Positions 9,194-19,756 of a DNA stretch of 64,000 bases are shown piece after piece. A program made the translations under genes and the position numbers. The first letter of the stretch is position 1, and the number at the start of each line of letters is the position of its first letter. The stretch is from an uncultured delta proteobacterium. Lineage in GTDB: Bacteria; Desulfobacterota; RBG-13-43-22. The notes under the pieces were generated by a model that was not told where the DNA came from, ran no database searches, and was given only the letters and a program-made list of their open reading frames with translations. The stretch lies in NCBI GenBank assembly GCA_963843145.1, contig CAWJJC010000027.1:320001-384000 (forward strand), read 5' to 3'.

Positions 9194-10692
9194 CTATTTT
9201 TTCGGAAAGGTGACTCGAAATTCTGTTCCCCCCTCCTGGTGGATCGTGATAGTACCCTCCAACTGTTGGACCAGGGCCATTACCAGTTGAAAACCCGTGG
9301 AAGCCGTCTGCTGAAAATCCACCTCGCCGGGAAAATCGATACCGTTATCCCCGACCGATAGCCGGATCATCCCCTCATCAACCAGGGCTAACTCCACCCG
9401 GATTTCACCCCCCCCTCCTGCCGGAAAGCCGTGCTTCAGGGCATTGGTTACCAGTTCATTGATGATCAACCCTAAAGGGATGGCTTTATCAATACCGACC
9501 TGGACTTCCTCGACCTCGATTTTAAGATCCACTCCATCCAGATTAGCCCCGTAGGAATAAAATAGACTGCTGCTCAGGTTTCGAAGATAATCGGCCATCT
9601 CGATCCGGGCCAGGTCCGAAGATCCGGTAAAGCTTCTCGTGCACCAGGGCCATGGACTGGATGCGGTCGTGGGTTTGCTTAAAAGCCTCTAGGACCTCGG
9701 GGTCCTTGATCTTCCTGGTCTGTAGATTCAACAGACTTTGAATCACCTGCAAATTGTTCTTCACCCGGTGATGGATCTCCTTGAGCATGGTCTCCTTCTC
9801 CAGAAGCGACGCCTTGAGCTTTTCCTCCACCTGTTTGCGCTCGGTGATGTCGATATAGCTGTATCGGATAGCCTGCGGTCAGCAGACGGCAATCGGACTA
9901 ACCGCGTTCACAGATAGATCCTTTCCTTCGCCATTATGGATCGCCCTTTCAGTCACCACCTTTCTCTAGCCATGGTACCTTTCGATGTTCTTTTTTATGC
10001 TCTCGGAGATGGGGCGTCCATCAGGCTGGATCGGCGCATAGAAACCTTGCGGTCCAACCTTGAGTAATTCAGGGCTATATCCGAACAGCTTTTCGGCTTG
10101 GGCATTGGCCGAAATAAACCGATTTTCATCGACGTCGAAAACTAGGATAGCTTCCGGCGCCTGTTCCAATAACAAGCGAAACCGCTCCTCGCTCTCCCGC
10201 ACTCTCCTCCGCCTGCTTGCGTTCGGTGATGTCCACTATCACGCCAAGCAGCCCCGCCACTTCACCTTTAGCATTTGTGAAAGTCGCCTTGTTGAAGATA
10301 ACGTTGCGGCGTATTCCATTTGAAGATGCGACTGAAGTTTCGTAGCTTTGCACACCGGGGTTGTTGAGCAACTCCTTGTCGGCCCTCTCGTAAATCTCAG
10401 CCAAGTCCGGAGGTGAAATGTCATACACTGTCTTTCCGATGATTTGATCCAGCGGCCGCCCCCAGAGTCGCTCAAGCGCCTTATTGCCTCCACGATAGAT
10501 GCCGTCTGCATCTTTGTAAAAGATAGGAGAAGGAATCGCATCCATCAACATCTGTTGGAACAGTATGTTGTTTTGGATTACTTCTTCCGCCTGCTTGCGC
10601 TCGCTATCTGAATTTTCGAGTTCAGCAATCCTCCAGCGAAGATTTTCCACTTCCTCTAGCAGTTGTTCTTTGGACTTCCTGTAATCGTTCAT
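9194..10692 (-). pseudogene. Multi-PAS HisKA_2-type histidine kinase, several frameshifts
   Basis: Four consecutive ORF fragments (10126-10692, 9966-10202, 9543-9830, 9194-9598) carry [17 protein letters not shown] and NELVTNALKH/DNGI in changing frames. Confidence 0.85.
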
Positions 10693-10723
10693 TCCTTACA
10701 TCCCCAATGGAGGCATTCACCAT

Positions 10724-10756
10724 AAAAAACCCCATCTCTCTATTGAGAAATGGGGT
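10724..10756 (-). terminator. Intrinsic terminator-like hairpin ~30 nt upstream of the kinase start
   Basis: Minus strand ACCCCATTTCTC-aata-GAGAGATGGGGT followed by a T run. Confidence 0.65.
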
Positions 10757-10878
10757 CCGTTATTCTTTCATTTGACTTCCTTTTTATGAAGGTGACATCA
10801 AGAAAACATTTGATTTCACAAATACCAATTCTTTTTATACCATAACATCAGCAATTTTCAAATAATTTCCTTCAGGTA

Positions 10879-10908
10879 CCCCCCCGGCTTTGCCGGAGGT
10901 CCATGACT
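10879..10908. mobile_element. Hairpin resembling an IS200-family end
   Basis: CCCCGGC-ttt-GCCGGAGG...GACT; no tnpA nearby. Confidence 0.4.
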
Positions 10909-11204
10909 GGGGTCCTGGATCGCAGGGAGCCTTGCAGGCCTGTCTCCCCTGTTCATCACTGGAATCCAAGCTATTTTTTTCTATTTTTCAATCAACGGAA
11001 GAGAGGTCTTCCCCTCGTAAGCCGGGCAGAAAACAGTCGTGGAAGAGGAAGTCGAAGTACCATCCCCCATATAGGCATTCGCCGTCAATAAAAAGGACCT
11101 GAACACAGTTCGGGTTCCTCATCTGGAGGGTGACCGAAGCCGCCTGGGCGAGCTCGCCGGGAAACCGCAAGACCGTGATCAGACCAACCAACAGAAAAAG
11201 GTTG

Positions 11205-11294
11205 TTCACCCTTTTGGGTGGGTAGACACAATATGTGGTAGCTTAGACTGAATTCGGGCCTCCGTGGCCGCCGGGTCTCGGCGAAAGGGATTCC
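11205..11294. repeat. Unrecognised ~90-nt dispersed element, copy 1
   Basis: 72/90 identical without gaps to 22240-22329 (manual count). Confidence 0.85.
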
Positions 11295-11412
11295 CACCTT
11301 GCTTTTTAGGTTCTAACCCGACCCTTATGTTTTCAAATCTTCCAGGAGGCAGGTCCGGCCTGGGAGGCACCAAGAAACACGGAGTTTGGGCCTGCTCTAA
11401 ATAAAATTATAT

Positions 11413-11955
11413 TTGCGGGCCATGCGCGCCATCGAGATCTGCAAAACCGCTGCCCTGGGTGGCCATAAGGATCAATGCGACCACTGCGGTCATCTGGATA
11501 TATCCTATAACTCCTGCCGGAACCGGCACTGCCCCAAATGCCAGACGTTACGGAAAGAGCAATGGATCGAGGCGCGCGGTCAGGACCTCCTGAAAAGACA
11601 ACCTGTCCGGTCTGTCAAAAAGGCAAAATGTCCCGGATAGCGGTATTGCTTCCCTATCGAAGCCACAGCCCCTAGCTATTCAGAGAAGTCCTATGATCCA
11701 TTTACAAACCAACCCTCCCGCTTCCTGCGAAAAGGGCACCCTGTTTCGCCAGGGCTTCCTATGGCCAAAATCCATACATTACCACTTCCCCCGATCAGCA
11801 ATGGCCCAATCGATACCGTTACCGGCACCTAGGACCAACCAGTTCCAGTCCCTAAACGAAGGCCATCCGCCTGGCAGACCCTCTCCACTAGGAAATAAAC
11901 TGCGAAGACAGGATTGAATCCCCATAGGAGGCGGCAGCGGCTCCGTTCTTCATGC
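11413..11955 (+). mobile_element. IS91-family transposase remnant (zinc-binding N-terminus) with probable element end
   Basis: CKTAALGGH...CDHCGH..SYNSCRNRHCPKCQ, truncated. Downstream GATTGAATCCCCATAG...GGCTCCGTTC resembles ends of this IS group. Confidence 0.8.
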
Positions 11956-12084
11956 GTCAATCCAAAATTGCTCTCCAGGCTTTGGATATCTTCATATTCT
12001 TCCCTTGAGCAACTTTGAATTGACGCTTATTCGAAATATGGGCAAAATGGTTGGCCTACCCCGGACTTAACTCGTGGTCCTTCC

Positions 12085-12312
12085 TTCGGGTTTAACTCAG
12101 AGATCCTTCTCTATTCTGCTGTTCTCAACGGTTTGGTCGCACCTCCATTAATTGCTGTGTTGCTGTTCATCTGCAACAACCGTAATATTGTTGGCAAGAA
12201 TGCGAACGGATGGCTATCAAATACTCTTGGGTGGCAAGCCGTGGTTCTCATGTCCTTACCAGGAGAACTTTTGATCTGGTCGCTCTTCACTCACCACCGA
12301 GAAATTGCATGA
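12085..12312 (+). pseudogene. C-terminal fragment of an NRAMP/MntH-type divalent metal transporter
   Basis: Start-less frame: LLYSAVLNGLVAPPLIAVLLFICNNRNIVGKNANGWLSNTLGW. Confidence 0.7.
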
Positions 12313-12352
12313 TTAAAGTGGCAGTAATCAGATACGTTCCAATCAAGAACCC

Positions 12353-13282
12353 TTATCCTCCTAATTGGCGTTCGTCCCTTGGTCGCCATGCCTCCGCCTC
12401 TATGAATACACGCTTCACCTGCGGATAGGCTTCCCTAATCTTTCTATCCAACCCAACCACAGCCTTCTCGATTTCGTTTGCGGAGGCAGGGTCCGTGAAA
12501 TCGACACTTATGTTGACCAGTATGAAATCCGGTCCCATGTGCATGGTCAGTATTTCGTTGACGTGTTGAATTTCCCCGCATGAACCTGCGATGTCCCGTA
12601 TTCCTTTCACAACTTCTCGGTTGGCGCCTTCTCCTATCAAGAGGCCTTTTGTTTCATAAGCAAGAAAAGTCGCCGTTGCAGCGAGGATGAAGCCTATGAT
12701 GATTGACGCTGAGGCGTCAAAACGCGGGTTTCCGGTGGCGTGGCTGAGATAGATGCCGGCAAACGCGACGGCAAGGCCAAGAAGAGCCGCCGAATCCTCA
12801 AGGAGGACAACGAAAATGGAAGGGTCTTTGCTCCGGTGGACGGCCTCAAGGTAGTCCCTTTTTCCCTTTCCTTTGGAGAATTCTCTCAGTGAGATAAACC
12901 AGGTTGCCCCTTCAAACACCATAGATATAATTATGACCACATAGTTGACAGTAGGGTTTAGGATGGGACGAGGTGCAGCGAGGCGATGGATGCCCTGGTA
13001 TATTGAAAGACCGGCACCCACGCCGAATATCTGAATGGCAACGATAAAACTCCAGAAGTAGACTTCTTTACCATGACCGAAGGGGAATCGTTCATCGGCC
13101 GGCATCTTCGCCTGTCGTAATCCGTATAATATGAGAAGTTGGTCGCCCGTATCGACAACGGAATGAATTGCCTCCGAAAGCATTGCGGAACTGCCCGTTG
13201 TGAGAGCGGCAATGAACTTCGTCACCCCAACGAAACAGTTCCCGATTAGCGCAGCATAGACTACTTTCTTGCGAGATTCCAA
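12353..13282 (-). CDS. Cation diffusion facilitator (CDF) transporter
   Basis: GSSAMLSEAIHSVVD, FGHGKE.YFW, EDSAAL and a C-terminal dimerisation domain. Probable TTG start at 13282. Confidence 0.92.
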   Translation of the reverse strand: MESRKKVVYAALIGNCFVGVTKFIAALTTGSSAMLSEAIHSVVDTGDQLLILYGLRQAKMPADERFPFGHGKEVYFWSFIVAIQIFGVGAGLSIYQGIHRLAAPRPILNPTVNYVVIIISMVFEGATWFISLREFSKGKGKRDYLEAVHRSKDPSIFVVLLEDSAALLGLAVAFAGIYLSHATGNPRFDASASIIIGFILAATATFLAYETKGLLIGEGANREVVKGIRDIAGSCGEIQHVNEILTMHMGPDFILVNISVDFTDPASANEIEKAVVGLDRKIREAYPQVKRVFIEAEAWRPRDERQLGG

Positions 13283-13670
13283 AGTATTTGAAAAGAATTT
13301 CCTTTTTGGTGGTAACAGTATAAGAAAAGATAAAAACACGGTCAACGAGAAAAATAGGCGAAAGGCAAGGGGACAAAAGGGGCCTTTTGAAGAACAAGGA
13401 CGCTGGGAATCCGATGAGTCTATCTGGAGTTCTAGAGATGGTTTGAGGGGGCTACGTTTTGTTTGCCAATGATTAAATCTTCTACCTGGTTGATAACAAT
13501 TTCGGTTTGTACTCTTCCGTTTTAATCAAAATGGAAATTTGAGGAAACAGAAAGGAAGCGGTATTGGGGGATACCGGACAATGAGTTGCTTTCCGTTATA
13601 CCCGGTATTATACTTTTAACAGCAACTATAGGTCCCTCGTGTAGACCTTCTGAGAAGCGGAGATAAGCAG

Positions 13671-14252
13671 ATGACAATTGAGTATGTGATCTTGAACTAT
13701 GGGTATGTGGCGTTGGTTATCGGCACATTCTTGGAAGGAGAAAGCATCTTGATTGTCGCGGGTTTTGCAGTACACCTTGGATACCTAAAGTTGCCGTGGG
13801 TTATACTATGCGCCTTCGCGGGGACGGTGGCGAGTGATCAACTTTATTTCTTTCTTGGGCGAGTGAAGGGTGAAGCGTTCCTGCAGAGACGGCCTCGTTG
13901 GAAGATAAAGGTTAAACGGGTTTGGAAGCTTCTCGACCAGTACCGGACGCTCTTGGTTATCGGATTTCGTTTTGTGTACGGTCTTCGTACCGTGACACCT
14001 TTCGCAATTGGCCTGAGCAACATCCGCACGAGCCGTTTTATTGTTCTCAATATGATGGGGGGGATCGCCTGGTCAGTTGTTGTGGCCCTTGTCGGTTACT
14101 TTTTCGGAGCCGCAGCAAGGGCAGTCGAGATCGATGTTAAGAAGTACGCTCACTGGATCATTGCTGGAATGCTTTTAACCGCCGCTGTAGTCTGGATAAT
14201 CTATTTCTTCCACAAGAGGAAAAAGGATCGGACAGAACATCGGCCTGTTTAA
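13671..14252 (+). CDS. DedA family membrane protein
   Basis: GTFLEGE, SDQLYFFLGR, RFVYGLR. Confidence 0.93.
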   Translation: MTIEYVILNYGYVALVIGTFLEGESILIVAGFAVHLGYLKLPWVILCAFAGTVASDQLYFFLGRVKGEAFLQRRPRWKIKVKRVWKLLDQYRTLLVIGFRFVYGLRTVTPFAIGLSNIRTSRFIVLNMMGGIAWSVVVALVGYFFGAAARAVEIDVKKYAHWIIAGMLLTAAVVWIIYFFHKRKKDRTEHRPV

Positions 14253-14372
14253 AGGGAATGGTGATAGCAGCCAGAAGCCGGAGTATCCCAATAATCTGCT
14301 CCGACGTATAATGCCTTTATATCCCTCCTTATCTTTGAATAGCTTGGACCATAATAAGGGGTAAGGTAGCCT

Positions 14373-14606
14373 CTACCATGTGTGCCGACTTTTCTCAGCT
14401 TCCCCGATCATCTTTCTGGCTTGGGTTACGATAGTCCGTACCTTTTGTGGGTTCATCCCCGCTATTCTCTCTAACCCTTTTATTTCTGCACCAGCAACCT
14501 TGGCAATTGTGTCATAGCCTGATTCGACCAAGCGCCGCGATAGAACTTCCCCTATCCCTTCGAGCTTTTGAAGCTCTTTCATTTGTTCTTTCATAGCATC
14601 TCCCAT
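14373..14606 (-). CDS. Small helix-hairpin-helix domain protein
   Basis: LQKLEGIGEVLSRRLVESGYDTI...LERIAGM. Confidence 0.75.
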   Translation of the reverse strand: MGDAMKEQMKELQKLEGIGEVLSRRLVESGYDTIAKVAGAEIKGLERIAGMNPQKVRTIVTQARKMIGEAEKSRHTW

Positions 14607-14693
14607 GATTTTTCATTAGTCGCCAACTAACGTAAACATTAAAATGCAAAGGGGAGGCTCGCTGTCTCCCCTTTTCCTGATATAACCGGATTC

Positions 14694-14903
14694 TTACTCC
14701 GTCGTTTCTGTCTTTGTCTTTGTTGTGGTGGTCTTCATCTTCCTCGTTTTACCCCTGGTGACTGAAAAGGCCATCATCTTGCCGTCTTTCTCCCTGTACT
14801 TCACCGTGACCATGTCGCCGGCCTTCGCCTCGCCCTTCATCTTGACGTTTGAAACATCGAAGGTCATCTCGCCCTTCCTACCTTTCACGGTCATACCAGT
14901 CAT
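14694..14903 (-). CDS. Small basic OB-fold-like protein, possibly N-truncated
   Basis: MTVKG..GEMTFDV...KAGDMVTVKY.EKDGKMMA; its ATG overlaps the upstream stop (ATGA). Confidence 0.55.
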   Translation of the reverse strand: MTGMTVKGRKGEMTFDVSNVKMKGEAKAGDMVTVKYREKDGKMMAFSVTRGKTRKMKTTTTKTKTETTE

Positions 14904-14968
14904 CTCCTTACAAGCCACACGATTACTAAAATAACTATAATCGTTCCAACTACACCCAAGCCCAACAT
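14900..14968 (-). CDS. 22-aa single-pass membrane peptide
   Basis: GGAGGTGAT RBS followed by MLGLGVVGTIIVILVIVWLVRR*. Confidence 0.7.
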   Translation of the reverse strand: MLGLGVVGTIIVILVIVWLVRR

Positions 14969-15227
14969 AGTATCACCTCCTTAAAACCGAGCTTACTGAT
15001 TTAATTCCATCGGTAGTTCGGCCTTATCTTGAGAGACCCGCCGCTTGTCTCCTTCACACGGAATGTTTAGCTCCCTCAGTATAGGATTTTAATTTGACTG
15101 CTGGGTTAGCATCCCCCTCTTCATCCTTATGGAACCGGTTGTGAAGCAATCATCCAACTTCATGGGCTTCTCAGAAGGTACTTTCATTCGTCTGATTACC
15201 AGAATCATAGATCATAGAAAATTGATA

Positions 15228-15245
15228 TTGCAAAGAGATTGCCAA
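15228..15245 (-). promoter_or_regulatory. Putative sigma-54 promoter facing the small-protein genes
   Basis: Minus strand TTGGCAATCTCTTTGCAA = TGGCA-N6-TTGCA. Confidence 0.7.
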
Positions 15246-15593
15246 AACTTCGAAAAAAGGGGAAACTTGGAATCTGGCTTGATATCGGGAGCTTGATTAA
15301 CCGGAGAGAATGGTACCGAAGGTTGAACCGATAAGTTTGACCTCTATATCTGGTGGAACCTCCATATTTGGTGGGAAACTTTGAGGGGTGCCGAACAGAA
15401 AGGAAGCTGAGAATCTGAGTAGTTTATCTGAAGTTTGAAGGCTTTAGGTTTGGGTGGGGGTCATTGGGTTGGTTTGACGATGGTTAAAATTATTAGCTAC
15501 CTTGTAATTGATTACCATTTGAACACTTCCGAATTTTATGAAATAGCAATTGGATGATTTCAGAACTTTAATAATCAACTGGTATAGAAAAAA

Positions 15594-16430
15594 TCAGCCC
15601 AATACCCGCAGTCGGATCCAGGACAGGAGAAAAAGCAGACAACTGATCAGGATGATGGTGGCCCCGGCCGGGGTGTCCAGGTAGAAGGAGAGCAGGATGC
15701 CGGTGAGGCCGGAGAAGGAGGCGGCGCCTACGGCGATCCAGAACAAACTGGCTATTCCCTGAGCCAGGTTCCGGGCCGTGGCCGCCGGGATGACCAGCAG
15801 AGCGGTCACCATAAAAAGGCCCACGGCCCGAAGGCTGAAAGTCACTACCAGGGCCAGCAGGACGGCAAACAGGTATTCCGTTCTTCCGGCGGCGATCCCC
15901 CGGGAGGCGGCCAGATTCGTATTCAGGCTGATCAGAATCAGGCGGTTGAACCAACCGGCCATAAGGAAGAAAATCACCCCCCCCACCAGAAAAAGCAAAA
16001 TCAATTCCTCGTCGGTCAGGGACAGAATCGCCCCATACAAGTAGGCATCAAAGTTCCGGGTTTCCTGCCGGACGAAAAGCAGGGTTATCCCTATGGCCAC
16101 CAGGCCCGAAAGAATGACGCTGATGATCGTATCCGAGGAGAGCTCGGACCGGCTCTTCAAGTAGGTGATAAACAGCCCCGACAAGACTCCCAGCCCGATC
16201 ACCGAATAAAAAGGATCCAGCCCGAAAAGGATCCCCAAGGCCACCCCGGTGAAGGTGGAGTGGCTGATGGCATCCGAAAAAAAAGCCATCCGGAAATTGA
16301 CCACATGCACCCCCATGACGGCGCACAGCGGGGCAATGACCCCCATGGCCAGCACGGCCCGCCACATGAAGGAAAATTGGGCCCATTCGAAGGGGACCCA
16401 GGATTGGAGGGCGGCATAGAGGGGGTCCAT
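15594..16430 (-). CDS. znuB: Zn/Mn ABC transporter permease
   Basis: FRMAFFSDAISH, YLYGAIL, VGLFMVTALLVIPAA. Start reassigned to MDPLY. Confidence 0.9.
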   Translation of the reverse strand: MDPLYAALQSWVPFEWAQFSFMWRAVLAMGVIAPLCAVMGVHVVNFRMAFFSDAISHSTFTGVALGILFGLDPFYSVIGLGVLSGLFITYLKSRSELSSDTIISVILSGLVAIGITLLFVRQETRNFDAYLYGAILSLTDEELILLFLVGGVIFFLMAGWFNRLILISLNTNLAASRGIAAGRTEYLFAVLLALVVTFSLRAVGLFMVTALLVIPAATARNLAQGIASLFWIAVGAASFSGLTGILLSFYLDTPAGATIILISCLLFLLSWIRLRVLG

Positions 16431-16442
16431 ATTCAACCAACC

Positions 16443-16500
16443 AGGGAGAAGGGAGAAGAGAGAAGGAAGAGAGGAGAAAGGAGATGGAAGAGGGAAGATG
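16443..16500. repeat. Purine-rich heptamer tandem repeat (AGGGAGA-type)
   Basis: agggaga agggaga agagaga aggaaga gaggaga aaggaga tggaaga gggaaga. Confidence 0.85.
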
Positions 16501-16512
16501 AAAATCTCATGT

Positions 16513-17337
<825 letters not shown>

Positions 17338-17347
17338 AATGGCCTCC

Positions 17348-18337
17348 TTAGCGAAATATTCTTTTCATGGCTTCCAGGTTGGCTCTCATCACCCGTTCAT
17401 AGGTGCCGGCAGCCGGCTGACCGGTAGCCACGGGGTCCAGAAGAAGAATCGGGGTCCCGGTTTCCCGGGCCAGAGTCCGGGCAGTCTTATCGGAATACTG
17501 GGGTTCGGTGATAATGGCCGTCACCCCGTCCTTTTTGATCACCCGGATCAACCGGACCATCTCCCGCGGAGAGGGCTCCACGCCGGGGGCCGATTGGATC
17601 GACCCCACATCCTGCCAACCCAGGTCTCGGGCCAGATAATCGAAACTGTTGTGAACGGTCAAAACCTTTTTATTCCGGGACCGGCCCACCAGAGACTTCA
17701 TTTCCTCAAACAAGTTCTCCAGCTTCAGTTGATACGCCTTTCCGTTGGCCCGATAAAGCTCGGCTCGACCCGGATCAATCCGGGCCAGGCCCTCGGCGAT
17801 GGCCTTGACCATCAAGGCCGCCTGTTTCGGCGAGACCCAGGCATGCCCGTTCACCGCGTCTTCCGCGTCGGAAAGATCGTGGCTGACCGAGCGTTTTCTC
17901 TTTTCAGGCGGATGATCGGTATCCGGTCCTTTCAAAGGCACTATCCCTTCCGTAGCGATAATCCACTGGACTCGAGGATGGGCCTGCTTGAGGGGTTTGG
18001 TCAAGAATTCTTCCAGGCCCAACCCATTAACGATGATCACCTCAGCTTGAGCAATTCGCTTCATTTCCCCGGGGGTTAAATCATAGTCGTGGGGACAACC
18101 CAGATTGGGAGGCAAAAGCATCTCCACCCGGACCCCGGGGGCCTTACCCACCACATTCAAGGTAAAAATGGTCACCGGCAGGGTCGTAGTAACGATTCGC
18201 AAGGGGATTGCATTCTTTTTACCCTCCACCGCCTGGGCGGCAAGGAGATTTGGAAACATGAGTCCGAGAGCTAATAGCCAGACCAGGAAGGCCTTAGGGC
18301 TTACCATCTTCTTTAGAATCCCCGCTATCCTGTTCAT
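17348..18337 (-). CDS. znuA: Zn/Mn ABC transporter substrate-binding protein
   Basis: Signal peptide, CPHDY, NGLGLE, NGHAWVSP, HNSFDY. Confidence 0.92.
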   Translation of the reverse strand: MNRIAGILKKMVSPKAFLVWLLALGLMFPNLLAAQAVEGKKNAIPLRIVTTTLPVTIFTLNVVGKAPGVRVEMLLPPNLGCPHDYDLTPGEMKRIAQAEVIIVNGLGLEEFLTKPLKQAHPRVQWIIATEGIVPLKGPDTDHPPEKRKRSVSHDLSDAEDAVNGHAWVSPKQAALMVKAIAEGLARIDPGRAELYRANGKAYQLKLENLFEEMKSLVGRSRNKKVLTVHNSFDYLARDLGWQDVGSIQSAPGVEPSPREMVRLIRVIKKDGVTAIITEPQYSDKTARTLARETGTPILLLDPVATGQPAAGTYERVMRANLEAMKRIFR

Positions 18338-18423
18338 ACGACTCCTTTCTAATTGGATAAACCGCTTGATTTATACAATCTATTTAATAGAATATATTTA
18401 TTGAAAATCGTCAAGGATTTTGT

Positions 18424-19512
18424 ATGACCCTTTCTGCCTCGAATCATGATCGCCTGCTGGAAGAGATCCTCCCGGTCATTCAGAAAAATTGCCGGATCTC
18501 CGATGCCACCCATAGCGGCTTTTATTCCCTTTGCGGGTTGTTTCTGCGTTTGAAAGATCAATTCCTCCTGGAAAAGGATCTGCCCCCCTGGACCGAAACC
18601 GATAAGACGGCCTTGATGGCCTGGATCGAGGCCCGGGAAAACCTCTGGCTCAGCCATCTGGACCTACCTTTTGAGGACCTCACCCTGCAAGGTCGGGGTT
18701 TCGGTTTCCTGGACAATCAGCGGATCAACGACCTCATTTTACCCCAGGGGCTCTATTACGGGGCCGGGTTGGGACGGGGTTTGAAACCGACTTTTTTTCT
18801 GGGGGAAGTGATCGAGCAAAGGAAGTTTGGCAGTTATACGGTCATCACCCTGGATCGGGAATATGCCAGCGACCTGCTGGTGACCCCAGCCGTTCGACGG
18901 GGGAAATGGATCATCCTGCGCTTGAACCCTTTGCGTTTTCTCCTTTGGGGGAAGATCCAGGAAATAGAACACCTGGAACGGGAGGCGACCAAAGCGGCCC
19001 TGGCCTATTACGGCTGGGACCCGGACCAGCCGACTGAAGCCCAGTTGGAGCGCCTGGTCCGTGAAGAAATCGAGGCGGTCCTCTTGCATGAGATTGGGGA
19101 AGGGCGGGACCGGACCCTGCCTTTCAGGTTCTGGACCAACCTCTTGCGCCTTTTTCCCCACAGCCGCCTGGAAATCTATCTGCGCAGTTTGAAAGACCTG
19201 TTAGGGGACACCCACCCGGCCGGCCCGCTGCGCCACATGGTCCAAAACCGGAAGGCCGGCTCCTGGGCTTTTTATGTTTCCAACTTGAAAGGCATGGCTC
19301 GGCTGATTGTTCCGGAAATCGTCGAGGCCTTCTATTCCTTCCAAAAAAATCCCGATTGGGGAGAGATTGAACAAACCCGCCGCAAAATCCGCCGTCGATT
19401 AGTCGCTCAAGGGAACCGGATTCGGGCTTTGGCCGCTGACTTGCTTCCTGGCCACCCCGGCGGATTCCAGCAGGCTTTTGAGGAGGAATTTATGAAGCCC
19501 CTTAAGATATAA
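18424..19512 (+). CDS. Conserved hypothetical protein (Sfum_1244-like)
   Basis: IQKNCRISDA..G.YSLCGL.LRL N-terminus, YGAG.G...PTFFLG, HEIGE. Confidence 0.75.
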   Translation: MTLSASNHDRLLEEILPVIQKNCRISDATHSGFYSLCGLFLRLKDQFLLEKDLPPWTETDKTALMAWIEARENLWLSHLDLPFEDLTLQGRGFGFLDNQRINDLILPQGLYYGAGLGRGLKPTFFLGEVIEQRKFGSYTVITLDREYASDLLVTPAVRRGKWIILRLNPLRFLLWGKIQEIEHLEREATKAALAYYGWDPDQPTEAQLERLVREEIEAVLLHEIGEGRDRTLPFRFWTNLLRLFPHSRLEIYLRSLKDLLGDTHPAGPLRHMVQNRKAGSWAFYVSNLKGMARLIVPEIVEAFYSFQKNPDWGEIEQTRRKIRRRLVAQGNRIRALAADLLPGHPGGFQQAFEEEFMKPLKI

Positions 19513-19518
19513 AGAAAG

Positions 19519-19722
19519 ATGAACATCGAACATCGAACGTCCAACATCGAATGTTGAATGTAATATTTTTTGACGCTTCGGCATTTTCGGTGGGTACCCC
19601 CCCAGATTTGTTATGGCCCGATTTCAGTTTAATCTGCCAGAAATCGTGACCGCCCGCCCAAAAGGACGAACAACTAATTTTTTTTCATTCGATGTTGGAC
19701 GTTCGATGTTCGATGTTCATTT
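19519..19722. repeat. Inverted AACATCG/CGATGTT heptamer arrays enclosing a partial copy of the 90-nt element
   Basis: atgaacatcgaacatcgaacgtccaacatcgaatg ... cattcgatgttggacgttcgatgttcgatgttcat. Confidence 0.9.
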
Positions 19723-19756
19723 AGGCGCGGCGCCTGTCCCACCTCGGCGCCCTACG

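Noticed and set aside
11226-11241. CACAATATGTGG as an NrdR box
   Set aside because: No nrd genes nearby; it lies within the dispersed 90-nt element and is not conserved in the other copies.
11085-11297. Similar peptides from ORFs 11085-11297 and 22162-22398 as a small protein family
   Set aside because: Most differences between the copies are non-synonymous and the starts and stops are not shared; the similarity reflects the DNA repeat.
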